Shown piece by piece: positions 52,178-62,077 of a stretch of 64,000 nucleotides of DNA. The translations under genes and the position numbers were made by a program. Origin of the DNA: Nitrospirales bacterium (GTDB taxonomy: Bacteria; Nitrospirota; Nitrospiria; Nitrospirales; UBA8639). Positions within the stretch are counted from its first letter, which is position 1, and each line of letters begins with the position of its first letter. A model generated the notes under the pieces. That model was not told where the DNA came from, searched no databases, and worked only from the letters and a program-made list of their open reading frames with translations. Location of the stretch: assembly GCA_963555755.3 (NCBI GenBank), contig OY820905.2:2240001-2304000 (forward strand). The letters are read 5' to 3'.

Positions 52178-54476
52178 CCATGAGACGGTTGCATCAGCCA
52201 TGACGAGTGACACTCAACAACCCGAACCTATTCGAATGGTGAGTTTACGAACCAAGTTTATTGTATTCATTAGTGTCATCATTGTTGCGGTGTGTTCTGG
52301 CCTCAGTTGGTATGTTGTCAATCAGCAATCCCAAATCATGGTCCAAGCCTTAAGGAAAATCGGCCTGGTGATCGTGAAAAATTTGGCCTATAACAGTCGC
52401 TTTCCGCTGATTGCCAAAGACACTATGTCTTTGGAACGGTTATTGGATGGGGCCTTGAAGATCGACGAAGTGGTGTATGTGATCATGACTGACCCCCAAG
52501 GGGTCCCCCTGGTGGCCAAGAGCAAGGGGGCTCTCCGGGCCGGAAGGCGAACACGGATCGCGGAAAGCCCCGTGTATCCGGATAGCCACATCGTTCAATC
52601 ATTGCTGGCCATTTCACACTCCGATCCCGTCATTATTTCGTTCAAAAGCGATACCCAGCCAGGCACAGGTCCTGACACCTCATCTTCACCATGGTGGAAT
52701 CTGCAATTCACCGATCAGACTGAACTGCTGTACGATTTCGCCATCCCTGTACGCCGACGCATATCCTCCGACCCATTATTGGGCCCTCTTGTGTTGGAAC
52801 AACAGGAAAATATTGTGGGATCGGAGTTCTCGGGTCCGCCCGGAAGCCCGATCCATGGAATCGTGCAGGTTGGAATCAGCAACGAAAAAATGATTCAACA
52901 GCTCAACGACCTGGTGCGGAATATTGTCCTCATCACGGTCTTAATTATCATGCTAGGAATTATGGCTACCGCGGTATTAGCCAACCGTATCATCAATCCA
53001 CTCCGGAGTTTAGCTGAGGTTGCCAAAAAGGTCTCAACTGGAGACTTTTCCGTCTCTCTGGAGCCCACCACACAGGATGAGGTGGGTGAATTAACGACCG
53101 TGTTCAACACGATGACACAAGCCATTCGCGATCGGGAGCAGGCGATCTCGGCCCAAGTCGCCACGATCACCAAACATGCAAATAAATTAACCACGCTCAA
53201 CCAAACGGGTTCTGCCATCGCCTCACATTTGGATCTGAACACCCTCCTCAGTACGGTGTTGCACCTCCTCGTTGAAAAAGTCGGGTTTACACACATGTTG
53301 CTCATGCTCTACGACCGTGATCGAGGAATTGCGCATAAAGGACAAACCGCAGGCATTTCAGAAGACCTCGATGCCCATGTTCGGTCCCTCGAAATCTCGA
53401 TTCGCGAGGATGGCACCATTCATGCCGATCTCTTGCTTCACGGAGAGGCCTTTTTCGTTCCGAAGATTGATGTGGTGAGTGCTCGCATGGATCCGAAGAT
53501 TCGCGCGGTTCTTCAGGAACTCGGCACGACATCTTTTGTGTGTGCGCCACTGAATAGCCAGCAACACATCATGGGGTTTATTACCGCAGATAGTACCCCA
53601 CAAACTTGTACGCAGGAAGATCTGGAATTGTTAATTACCATCGCGAACACTGTGGGCGTGGCTATTGATAATGCCCGGGCCTATCAGGAATTGGAACAAT
53701 TAAATATTACGCTGGAACAACGAGTCGAGGAACGCACGCATGAACTCACCGAAGCGAATGTGAAGTTACAGGAGCTGGATCAGCTCAAATCGGTGTTTGT
53801 CACCATCGTCTCCCACGAGCTTCGGACGCCCATGACCTCGGTCAAAGGGCTTGTGGAAAACATGCTTGATGGCTTAACCGGCGAGTTAACCGAGCGGCAA
53901 ACGTTTTATTTAAGTCGAGTCCGAGCCAATGTGGAACGGCTGACTCGAATGATCAACGACCTACTGGATTTATCTCGAATCGAAGCCGGGCGGATGGATC
54001 TCATTCCTGTTACCCTTTCCATGCCCGAATTAATCACCGAGGTTACCGAGAACTTGCAAGATATGGCCACCGAACATGGCCTCACGTTGACGATCGCCCA
54101 AGCTCATGCAATTTCGCCGGTTCGAGGCGACCTGGATAAAATGAGTCAAGTGCTCACGAATTTGGTCCATAACGCCATTAAATTTACTCCCCCCAATGGG
54201 AGCGTCCAAATAAGCGTGGTCAATAAGGACGATCAGTGGGTTCAAGTCTGTGTTGCGGACACGGGATGTGGCATTCCTCAGGAGGAACTGGAAACCATCT
54301 TTGAACGGTTCTATCGCAGTCCATCCAGCCCGCATCAATCCAAGGGTGCCGGCCTGGGCCTGGCCATTACCAAAAGCCTTGTGGAGCTACATGGCGGAAA
54401 GATCTGGGTCGAAAGCATCCAAGGAAAATGGACAAAATTTTTCATTACGGTTCCCGTCCATGGTTCTGCCAAATGA
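52158..54476 (+). CDS. Membrane sensor histidine kinase (HAMP-GAF-HisKA-HATPase)
   Basis: VSHELRTPM, NLVHNAIKFT, DTGCG, GAGLGL. Confidence 0.92.
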   Translation: MLKRCINHETVASAMTSDTQQPEPIRMVSLRTKFIVFISVIIVAVCSGLSWYVVNQQSQIMVQALRKIGLVIVKNLAYNSRFPLIAKDTMSLERLLDGALKIDEVVYVIMTDPQGVPLVAKSKGALRAGRRTRIAESPVYPDSHIVQSLLAISHSDPVIISFKSDTQPGTGPDTSSSPWWNLQFTDQTELLYDFAIPVRRRISSDPLLGPLVLEQQENIVGSEFSGPPGSPIHGIVQVGISNEKMIQQLNDLVRNIVLITVLIIMLGIMATAVLANRIINPLRSLAEVAKKVSTGDFSVSLEPTTQDEVGELTTVFNTMTQAIRDREQAISAQVATITKHANKLTTLNQTGSAIASHLDLNTLLSTVLHLLVEKVGFTHMLLMLYDRDRGIAHKGQTAGISEDLDAHVRSLEISIREDGTIHADLLLHGEAFFVPKIDVVSARMDPKIRAVLQELGTTSFVCAPLNSQQHIMGFITADSTPQTCTQEDLELLITIANTVGVAIDNARAYQELEQLNITLEQRVEERTHELTEANVKLQELDQLKSVFVTIVSHELRTPMTSVKGLVENMLDGLTGELTERQTFYLSRVRANVERLTRMINDLLDLSRIEAGRMDLIPVTLSMPELITEVTENLQDMATEHGLTLTIAQAHAISPVRGDLDKMSQVLTNLVHNAIKFTPPNGSVQISVVNKDDQWVQVCVADTGCGIPQEELETIFERFYRSPSSPHQSKGAGLGLAITKSLVELHGGKIWVESIQGKWTKFFITVPVHGSAK

Positions 54477-54726
54477 AGTACATGGCTCAGGAGAAAACAG
54501 AAACGACCAAAAGCTTCCAATGGGTACCATCAATACCCAATAGACAGAGCCAGATGCCTAGGCATTAGGGCCTATTGAAACTGGTAAAAGTCGCTGGGTA
54601 GAATGGGGGCTCTCGCCGGACCAACCGCTTTTCAGGAACAAGCCCGATGCTGCACCTGCATCTCATGAATGAGACAAGGTGTGATAGGCAAAGGGACAAC
54701 GATGGCGAGATTCTGGAAAACCCCAC

Positions 54727-56925
54727 ATGCAGCATTCCTTCGAACAAAAAAACATCCAGGGATGGAACCTAGAAACAGCAGTTGGATCACAAAAGTCCGC
54801 GCAAGCTCTTGGCCCGCCTGGCAAAATAAAAAAATGCCTCATCACCACCGAGGTGACCACGACTTTTTGTATTTCACCATGCACGCCAATATCTTACACG
54901 TCTGTTTTGCGCCCAACCGCCGTTTCTAGGTTGAAAGCGGTAACTACCGGTTTTCTGAAGTATTTGGGATTGTGGGTGTGGTGTTCAACCCTTTTCCTGC
55001 TCCCACCAGCTGTTGGTGCCAACCCAGCACCCCAAGCTGCCCCCCCTCAAAGCTCCTCAGATCAGGCCTTGGATGATCTACGATTCCTTCAGGAAGAAAC
55101 CGTGAGCATTGCCGTCTTACACGAGCAACCCATCTCTGAAGCACCCTCGAGTGTCTATGTTATTACCGATGAAGACATCCGGCACTCCGGTGCCACAGAC
55201 CTTCCCACGGTTCTTCGTCGGGTACCCGGCATGGAAGTCATTCAAATGACCAGCGCAGACTTTAATGTCAGTGTTCGTGGGGACAATCAACTGCGAGCCA
55301 ATAAGCTGCTCGTGTTAATCGACGGACGTTCCATCTACGAAGATATTCAGGGCGAGGTCTTCTGGAAAATGATTCCCGTGACATTACCTGAAATTAAAAA
55401 GATTGAAATACTCAAGGGTCCCGCATCTGCCGTGTATGGGTTTAATGCTTTCGACGGTGTGATCAACATCATCACCAAGTCTCCGGAGGAAATGAAAGGG
55501 GTGCACGTGCAATTTGGTGGAGGGGAATTGGGCACCATTTCCAGTGCCGCGATCTATGCCGGAAAATACGATAAGCTGGGATACCGCATTTCAATCGGGC
55601 GAAATCAAACCAATCAATGGGAATCCAGAAGTAGCTTAGGGTTCCGAGTGCACAAGTTTAATGTGCAAACTGAGTACGACCTTTCCAATTTTGCCAACTT
55701 ATCAGTCTCTGGTGGGCTTGCGGATGCGAATCGGTACGATGGTCCGGTAACATCTTTGCTGACAATCCAAGGAGAACCGTCACAAGCCTATACGAAGGTC
55801 GAATATAAGCGACCGAACCTTTTTCTGAGAGCCTATTGGAACCGATCCAGCGTCCCCAATATGCTTCAAACCAATCCCCTCCTTCCAAGTTTTTTTACTA
55901 TCACCGACACAAACGGCAGCTCTATGCAATCTCGGAAATGGAATAGTTACAATTTTTCTGGACAGCATGCCCTGGAATTTGGATCCACCAACCGGCTGAC
56001 CTATGGCATGGACTATCGCCATAATTCAGTCTCAAGCAATTTCCTTGATGGATTCAGCCGCGAAAATCGATTCGGCGTCTATATACAGGATGAGTGGAAG
56101 ACCACTGAAAGTCTGACTGCAACTGGAGGCATTCGCGTAGATCTCCACACTGAAATCAATCCCACCTACAGCCCACGTTTCGCCCTAATTTACAGATTGC
56201 TCCCAAATCACACACTCCGAGGAACGATTGCCTTAGCATTTCGTCCGCCAACGATTTTCGAAACCCACACTGACACAAGAGCCGCGGCTTTCGGATTTGT
56301 TACTGGAACTCTTTCCGGGTCAAAACTCTTAAAGCCAGAAAAAATGATTTCTTACGAAATCGGCTATCAGGGTTGGTTTTTCAGGCACCGTTTGCGAGCC
56401 AGGATAGATCTCTTTTTCAACCATATATCAGACTTGATCAATTCGACGGGTGGTACGGGTGGTGCGGCTCTTGTATTCACCAATGCTGGGGAAGCAGATA
56501 TCTATGGCGGTGAAGCCGGGATTGAATTTTGGCCTCTCCCTTGGCTAAGCGGTTTTGCCAACTATTCGTTTCAAAACATTGACCAGACCTTCTCTGGAAC
56601 TTCCCGGCGCGCTGGGCCAGACTTTAAGGTCAATGCTGGACTCCGAGGAGAATGGGAAAATGGTTTCACTACAGAAGTTGTTCTTCATCACGTGGCTGGA
56701 GCCACATATCCCATCAGTAGTACTTTTGGTGTATTTGGAGCGACCCTCAACCCCAGAGTTGATAGTTATACCTTAATCAACTTTCGTGGAGGATATCGAT
56801 TTTGGAAGGACCAACTCGAACTGGCGATTTCAATTTTTAACGCATTGAATGATAAACACCAAGAGCATCCACTTGGAGAAATTATTGACTCGCGCGTAAT
56901 GGGTTGGATAACCCTTAGGTATTAA
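54727..56925 (+). CDS. TonB-dependent outer membrane receptor (true start possibly TTG at 54931)
   Basis: Plug motifs EAPSSVYVITDEDI, LRRVPG, LVLIDGRS, IEILKGPASAVYG; beta-barrel; C-terminal aromatic residue. Confidence 0.92.
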   Translation: MQHSFEQKNIQGWNLETAVGSQKSAQALGPPGKIKKCLITTEVTTTFCISPCTPISYTSVLRPTAVSRLKAVTTGFLKYLGLWVWCSTLFLLPPAVGANPAPQAAPPQSSSDQALDDLRFLQEETVSIAVLHEQPISEAPSSVYVITDEDIRHSGATDLPTVLRRVPGMEVIQMTSADFNVSVRGDNQLRANKLLVLIDGRSIYEDIQGEVFWKMIPVTLPEIKKIEILKGPASAVYGFNAFDGVINIITKSPEEMKGVHVQFGGGELGTISSAAIYAGKYDKLGYRISIGRNQTNQWESRSSLGFRVHKFNVQTEYDLSNFANLSVSGGLADANRYDGPVTSLLTIQGEPSQAYTKVEYKRPNLFLRAYWNRSSVPNMLQTNPLLPSFFTITDTNGSSMQSRKWNSYNFSGQHALEFGSTNRLTYGMDYRHNSVSSNFLDGFSRENRFGVYIQDEWKTTESLTATGGIRVDLHTEINPTYSPRFALIYRLLPNHTLRGTIALAFRPPTIFETHTDTRAAAFGFVTGTLSGSKLLKPEKMISYEIGYQGWFFRHRLRARIDLFFNHISDLINSTGGTGGAALVFTNAGEADIYGGEAGIEFWPLPWLSGFANYSFQNIDQTFSGTSRRAGPDFKVNAGLRGEWENGFTTEVVLHHVAGATYPISSTFGVFGATLNPRVDSYTLINFRGGYRFWKDQLELAISIFNALNDKHQEHPLGEIIDSRVMGWITLRY
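54766..54932. mobile_element. MITE family E (TIR AACCTAGAAAC); copies at 62124-62290 and partial 21620-21719
   Basis: 167 bp, inverted ends, multi-copy. Confidence 0.85.
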
Positions 56926-56978
56926 CCGTGCTTTTAACCGTTTTCCGTTCTCCCCTTTCTTATTTCACAACACAATTG

Positions 56979-57152
56979 TGTATCTAAAAAGATAAACTCT
57001 GTATCTAATTGGATACAAATTCTCCTCATAATTTTAACATATGATTTTGTAGTACAAAAATACCTATTCTCCCTCTAACTGTTTAAAACTTCAAAGAAAT
57101 TTTTCGTCTCACGCCTATGAATGGGATAAAAAAACTCGGCACGAATTTTGCG
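56979..57152 (+). promoter_or_regulatory. Sigma54 promoter (57136-57152) with tandem TGTATC-N6-GATACA enhancer-like dyads
   Basis: TCGGCACGAATTTTGCG; TGTATCTAAAAAGATAAA (56979) and TGTATCTAATTGGATACA (57000). Confidence 0.75.
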
Positions 57153-57317
57153 TATGCGTAATAAGAATATTGAAAGGTCTCTCATTCCCAATAGAATTTA
57201 AAGGGTGAAAATCCATCCCCATTTCGAGAAACTCGATTGAGAGTACGAACGAGAAGACCTGGAAAGTAGGCTGGTGTTTCATTTATTATTCACTTTTTCA
57301 TTTTTGGGAGGTTCATC

Positions 57318-57512
57318 ATGCAAACCGTATCATCTCCTCAGCTCTCTATCGAGCTTGAAGATATAAATTCGGTGGAGACGGCTTTTCAGCCAGCACTGAA
57401 TGACTTAGGACTGCGCAACTGGAAAACGGGTCATGGGTTACCTGCAATGTGTACCTGCCAGTGTTGTTGCTCGTGTTGTGCGGCATCAGGTGAAGAACTC
57501 CTTTCAGAGTAG
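57318..57512 (+). CDS. RiPP precursor peptide with Cys-rich core CTCQCCCSCC
   Basis: 64 aa, GGGAGG RBS, acidic leader ending GHGLPAM, 7 Cys in 10 residues, directly upstream of the YcaO machinery. Confidence 0.88.
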   Translation: MQTVSSPQLSIELEDINSVETAFQPALNDLGLRNWKTGHGLPAMCTCQCCCSCCAASGEELLSE

Positions 57513-57640
57513 TGGGGCTCACCGTTTCCAACTGGCCTTGTTTCTGCTTTGTACAAACTTTACGGTTCACGGTGCACCAGTAAAGATCGTGTTAAAGCCA
57601 AAAGCAGGGTAGGTTTTTTTAGGAATTTTTGGATCTTGGT

Positions 57641-57668
57641 GAGAAGTGGAAGATACTCCCCACTTCTC
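57641..57668 (+). other. Stem-loop between precursor and modifying genes
   Basis: GAGAAGTGG-N10-CCACTTCTC. Confidence 0.55.
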
Positions 57669-57778
57669 CGGGTCCTGACACAAAGGGCTCCAATGATACC
57701 TTTTTTTTTATTTCATAAAAATTAGGTTTTCACACACGAGGCTGTGGCTATTCAGTTTAAAGAAATAGGACTCAAACC

Positions 57779-58873
57779 ATGACACCTGTCAATAGTGATC
57801 AAACGCTTTCCTCGTTGCCCGTTAAAATAATCCCCACCAAAAAAGGTGTCATCCTCAAGCGCGGATGCACCGAAGTACAAATTCGAGGGGAAAACATCGG
57901 TGCAATTATTGAGCAGATTTTCTCGATTTCAACAAAAAATAGGGTGACCAAAGACTTACTAGTAGAATACTTTTCCCCAGAAGTTCAGCCCGCTGTTGCC
58001 AAATTGGTCGATCAGTTCATTGAGCGCCGGTTTTTGGTTCCACATGCTTTTGACGATTCTCAAATGGAGTCTCATGAAGACAACACGGACATTTTTTATT
58101 GGCACTTCGATCAAACGAAAGCGGAAATCAGCCAACGATTGGATGCTCAGAAAATCACGATAGTTGGGGTCAATTACATTTCACGGCAACTTGCCATTTC
58201 CCTTAGTGAATCTGGGTTTACTCAGGTTGAAGTGGTCGACGAGCCTGGGTTACGAAATCTTCGGTTTTTCGACCCTCCCAGAGAATTACAGCTGCACCAT
58301 TGGCCGACTCCTTTGCGAACACCCGTAGCAATGAAACAGTGGGAAGCCGAGGCAGATCTCAACTCATTGGATTGCATTATTGCCACTTCAGATTTTGGTT
58401 CAGCTCCTATCCTGCGTGAATGGAACACGTATTGCATTCACCATAATCTTCGATTCTTTCCCATTGTATTGTCCAATATGATTGGCTACATCGGGCCACT
58501 CGTGATTCCACAAGAAACGGCCTGTTTCGAATGCCTCTTGGCTCGACAGAATTCGCATCTCAGTGACCCCAGCAGGAAACAGACAGTGGATCAGGTCGCC
58601 TTTGATAGCCAGAACATTGTAGGGTTCCATCCATCCATGGCGTCCATCTTAGGAGACATTGCTGCCATGGAGATGACCAAGTTCTATAGTCAATCCATGC
58701 CGTTGTGGAATGTGGGAAAACTCATCGAAGTGAACCTTTTGTCCTCTCGGATGACTCCCAGGAAAGTCCTGAAAATTCCTCGTTGTCCGGTTTGTAGTCC
58801 CTTACGCACACGTTCCGCTGTCACCCCTGACAAACCCTATTCACATTTTAGTTTTTCCCAGGCGCAATCATGA
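57779..58873 (+). CDS. TOMM leader-binding/cyclodehydratase partner (RRE + ThiF/E1-like)
   Basis: IGPLVIPQETACFECL and KVLKIPRCPVC zinc motifs; overlaps the YcaO start. Confidence 0.9.
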   Translation: MTPVNSDQTLSSLPVKIIPTKKGVILKRGCTEVQIRGENIGAIIEQIFSISTKNRVTKDLLVEYFSPEVQPAVAKLVDQFIERRFLVPHAFDDSQMESHEDNTDIFYWHFDQTKAEISQRLDAQKITIVGVNYISRQLAISLSESGFTQVEVVDEPGLRNLRFFDPPRELQLHHWPTPLRTPVAMKQWEAEADLNSLDCIIATSDFGSAPILREWNTYCIHHNLRFFPIVLSNMIGYIGPLVIPQETACFECLLARQNSHLSDPSRKQTVDQVAFDSQNIVGFHPSMASILGDIAAMEMTKFYSQSMPLWNVGKLIEVNLLSSRMTPRKVLKIPRCPVCSPLRTRSAVTPDKPYSHFSFSQAQS

Positions 58874-60204
58874 TGATCACCCGGAACTCTTCATTTCACC
58901 GTCTTGCCAACATCGTGGATGACCTAGTCGATGAACACGTTGGCATAGTGAAATACGTCAAAGAATTCCGTCGGGAATCCGGAATGCCCGACTTCTTCTG
59001 CTATTACGCCAAGGCCTGTAACACCCTGGCCTTTGGCCCATTCAAAAATTTTTCGAATACCGGGGGGGCTTCTGCCTTTAGAGAACTTGCGATGGCCAAA
59101 GCCATTGGAGAGGCAGTGGAGCGTTATTGCTCTGCTATTTATGATAAAGAATCCTTGCCCTTGATTTCATTTCGTGATGCGTCATTCCCCTGCATCGTTC
59201 CAGAAGAATTTGCGTTGTATGACGATGAACAATATTGTCAACCGGATTTCCCGTATATTCCGTTTACCCACGCTACTCCTGCCCGATGGACCCCAACTAT
59301 TGATCTCACAACGGATGAGACCTGGTATGTGCCGGCGGCAACGGTGTTTATGCCCTTTTGGTATGACGAAAAAAATGGAGAGCCCCCCATTGTCCAACCG
59401 ATTTCTACAGGTTTGGCCTGCCACTGTAGTTATGAAGAAGCCGCAATTTCCGCGATTTGTGAGGTCATTGAACGGGATGCCTTCATGATGACTTGGCAAG
59501 CGTGTCTTTCCAGGCCTCAAATTCTTATCGATTCCTTGAGTCTCAACAACCAAGACCTGGTTTCTCGATTCGAGCGAACGGGAAATTCAATTTTTCTCTT
59601 CCATTTGGCTATGGATCATGATGTTCCCATAGTGTTGGCTGTAGCTCGGTGCTCTGCAGAAGACGGGCCTGCCTTGTGTTTCGCGGCTTCAGCAGATTTA
59701 GATCCGGAAGATGCCGTTCGAAAAAGTCTCGAAGAATTGGCTCATACCCGTCGGTTGGCCCAAGGATTAAAATCAAATTTGCCCAGTATTGTGGCCGAGG
59801 CCGATTTTGAGGCCGTCAGTCATCAGGATGCACACCTACGATTTTACGGGGACCATGTGAACAGTCACTTCGCCGACTTTCTTTTTTCCTCGGAGGACCG
59901 AGTGGCTTTTCAAGAAATCAAACGTCCATTTGAAGGTGACACTCAAAATAATCTCCGAGACCTGATTGACCAGGTTCGCTCTGTGAACCATCGAGTTCTG
60001 CTGGCTGATCTTACAACCTCCGACGTCGGTGATCTGGGGCTTTCGGTGGTTCGGGCGGTGATTCCGGGATTCCATCCGTTGTTTATGGGACATGCGATCC
60101 GCTCACTTGGTGGAACCCGATTATGGGAGGTTCCCCAACGCATAGGACACCCTGGTGTGACTCGGGAAGGAGGAGACAACCCGGCTCCTCACCCTTATCC
60201 GTAA
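58870..60204 (+). CDS. YcaO cyclodehydratase (azoline-forming type)
   Basis: AIGEAVERY, STGLAC, EVIERDA, C-terminal PAPHPYP (PxPxP). Confidence 0.95.
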   Translation: MMITRNSSFHRLANIVDDLVDEHVGIVKYVKEFRRESGMPDFFCYYAKACNTLAFGPFKNFSNTGGASAFRELAMAKAIGEAVERYCSAIYDKESLPLISFRDASFPCIVPEEFALYDDEQYCQPDFPYIPFTHATPARWTPTIDLTTDETWYVPAATVFMPFWYDEKNGEPPIVQPISTGLACHCSYEEAAISAICEVIERDAFMMTWQACLSRPQILIDSLSLNNQDLVSRFERTGNSIFLFHLAMDHDVPIVLAVARCSAEDGPALCFAASADLDPEDAVRKSLEELAHTRRLAQGLKSNLPSIVAEADFEAVSHQDAHLRFYGDHVNSHFADFLFSSEDRVAFQEIKRPFEGDTQNNLRDLIDQVRSVNHRVLLADLTTSDVGDLGLSVVRAVIPGFHPLFMGHAIRSLGGTRLWEVPQRIGHPGVTREGGDNPAPHPYP

Positions 60205-60272
60205 ACCGTATCTCGTATTTCGTTCTTTCACGAGATGAGGACGACGTTTTTCTTAAAAAATGAGGTGATTTT

Positions 60273-61091
60273 ATGAATATGGATATATGGAATGAGTTGG
60301 TGCTCCCTTCCGCTACAGAGGACGTAGCTTGGGAGTTGTTTCACGAAAATTCAAAGCTTGGTCGGTATTTCGCAGCCTTGTCAGAAGAACAGGTGGTGCA
60401 AAAAACCAAAGAACTCCACGAGTCATTGCCCTATGAAGGGTATCCTAAGGTGGAATTACCAGCACTACTGGCAACTCCAACATCTTCGCTATACGAGGCA
60501 ATTCTGAATAGAATGTCTGTCAGAAATTTTGCTCCTCGCTCATTTTCATTAGAAGAAATTGCGACCTTGTTGCACTATGCCTATGGCACGACCCGGGATA
60601 ATGAGGGCACTAACCTTCCCAGGCCATTTCGAGCAGTTCCCTCTGGAGGAGCGCTCTACCCCTTGGAAATTTATTTTCATTGCGTGGACGTCAAAGGACT
60701 TGTCCCGGGGCTGTATCACTACAATGCGGCTGGTCATCATATTCGCTGCCTTAGCGAAGGCGACCAGCGAAAAACTATTGCCGAGTCCATCATTCAACCG
60801 GATGTGGCCTTGGAAAGTTCACTCATGATCTTTATTACCGCCATGTTTGAACGGACGGTTTTTAAATATGGAGACCGGGGGTACCGATTCACATTCCTGG
60901 AAGCGGGTCATGTGGCCCAAAATATGAATTTGATGGCCACGGCGCTCGAACTCGGATGCGTCAATATCGGAGGATTCTATGACCGGGATGTGGATGCGTA
61001 TTTGGGACTGGACGGCATCATGCATTCTACGATTTACCTCATGGCAATCGGAGAACCAACCTGTTCTGAGTCTATCGATGAAAAGACCTAA
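60273..61091 (+). CDS. SagB/ThcOx-type FMN dehydrogenase
   Basis: FHENSK, RMSVRNF, RAVPSGGALYPLE, GLYHY, KYGDRGYRF..LEAGH.AQN. Confidence 0.93.
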   Translation: MNMDIWNELVLPSATEDVAWELFHENSKLGRYFAALSEEQVVQKTKELHESLPYEGYPKVELPALLATPTSSLYEAILNRMSVRNFAPRSFSLEEIATLLHYAYGTTRDNEGTNLPRPFRAVPSGGALYPLEIYFHCVDVKGLVPGLYHYNAAGHHIRCLSEGDQRKTIAESIIQPDVALESSLMIFITAMFERTVFKYGDRGYRFTFLEAGHVAQNMNLMATALELGCVNIGGFYDRDVDAYLGLDGIMHSTIYLMAIGEPTCSESIDEKT

Positions 61092-61319
61092 TTCGTAATG
61101 GGTGACGCGTAATCCTTGATGCGTAAGGAGGACGAAGGTAAAAGTCAAAACGACTCTTCCGCTTCACGAACCACGCTTCACGTCCCTCATAGAACGCAAA
61201 GGGCAGCTTTTTTGGGACCAGTTGCAATTTTGGTGGAATTGGGACCTATTCCATGGCCCGCCGCAGGTCATGGGGACCGTGTTGAGGGGTGAACAGCCTG
61301 CTCAGGCGTGGCAGGAATG

Positions 61320-61500
61320 GCGAGATTTCTCCCAAGGGTCGAAATGACAAGAGGCGGAAGTGGTAAGGAGCAAGTCTGGTTGGATGAACAACGAGAAGGC
61401 TTCTTTCTGTCATTTCGAGTGCAAGGAGAAATCGCTTGGCCCGAAAGAACGTGACCCGGGCGGGAATGGGGGAGAGTTCTCCCAAGGGTCGAAATGACAA
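61320..61500. repeat. Cluster of REP-like palindromes (GTCATTTCGA.../...TCGAAATGAC)
   Basis: Three related units; other REP types at about 28366-28443, 39102-39130, 62995-63022, 6032, 19957 and 48633. Confidence 0.75.
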
Positions 61501-61654
61501 TGGACGAGGGGTGATACGGGCGGAGTGTCATAGGGTTTCGCCTTACTCCACCAAAATTGGGATTGATCCCTTTTTTGACAGGGATTGAGGTGTGGAGCAG
61601 CACGGTAACCGTAAACCAATACCCAACTTATTATGAGATAGCGCTGAGGTTACC

Positions 61655-62077
61655 ATGACATTTTCCGTGAGCATCCCAATCCATCCCAAAATTCTCACTG
61701 TTGATGACGACCCGGATATCGGGATTGCCCTGACGGATTTTTTGAAGCAAGAAGGGTATGCGGTCACTATGGTTGAGACTGGCCACGCCGCTATCGAAGT
61801 CTGTGAACACCATCAATTTCAGGCGGTGATTTTAGATTTAGGTCTTCCAGATTGTGACGGGTTGGAGGTGTTAACCCATATGCTGAACCGTGACCCTGGG
61901 CTTCCGGTCATTATCCTGACCGCCTATTCATCTCTCGAGCGATACACCCCTAAAGCAGAGCAGACCCGGGCATTTGCTTATTTGTTGAAACCATTCAATC
62001 GCAAGGAACTCAAAAAAACCATTCGTCGAGCCATTCAAACTCGCCCTCTGCCACACACGGATACGAAGCCTGCTTAA
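61655..62077 (+). CDS. Single-domain response regulator
   Basis: ILTVDDD, ILDLGLPDCDG, ILTA, YLLKPF. Confidence 0.9.
   Translation: MTFSVSIPIHPKILTVDDDPDIGIALTDFLKQEGYAVTMVETGHAAIEVCEHHQFQAVILDLGLPDCDGLEVLTHMLNRDPGLPVIILTAYSSLERYTPKAEQTRAFAYLLKPFNRKELKKTIRRAIQTRPLPHTDTKPA

Noticed and set aside
57318..61091. Thiopeptide cluster
   Set aside because: No split LanB dehydratases or pyridine synthase in the window, and the core has few Ser/Thr.
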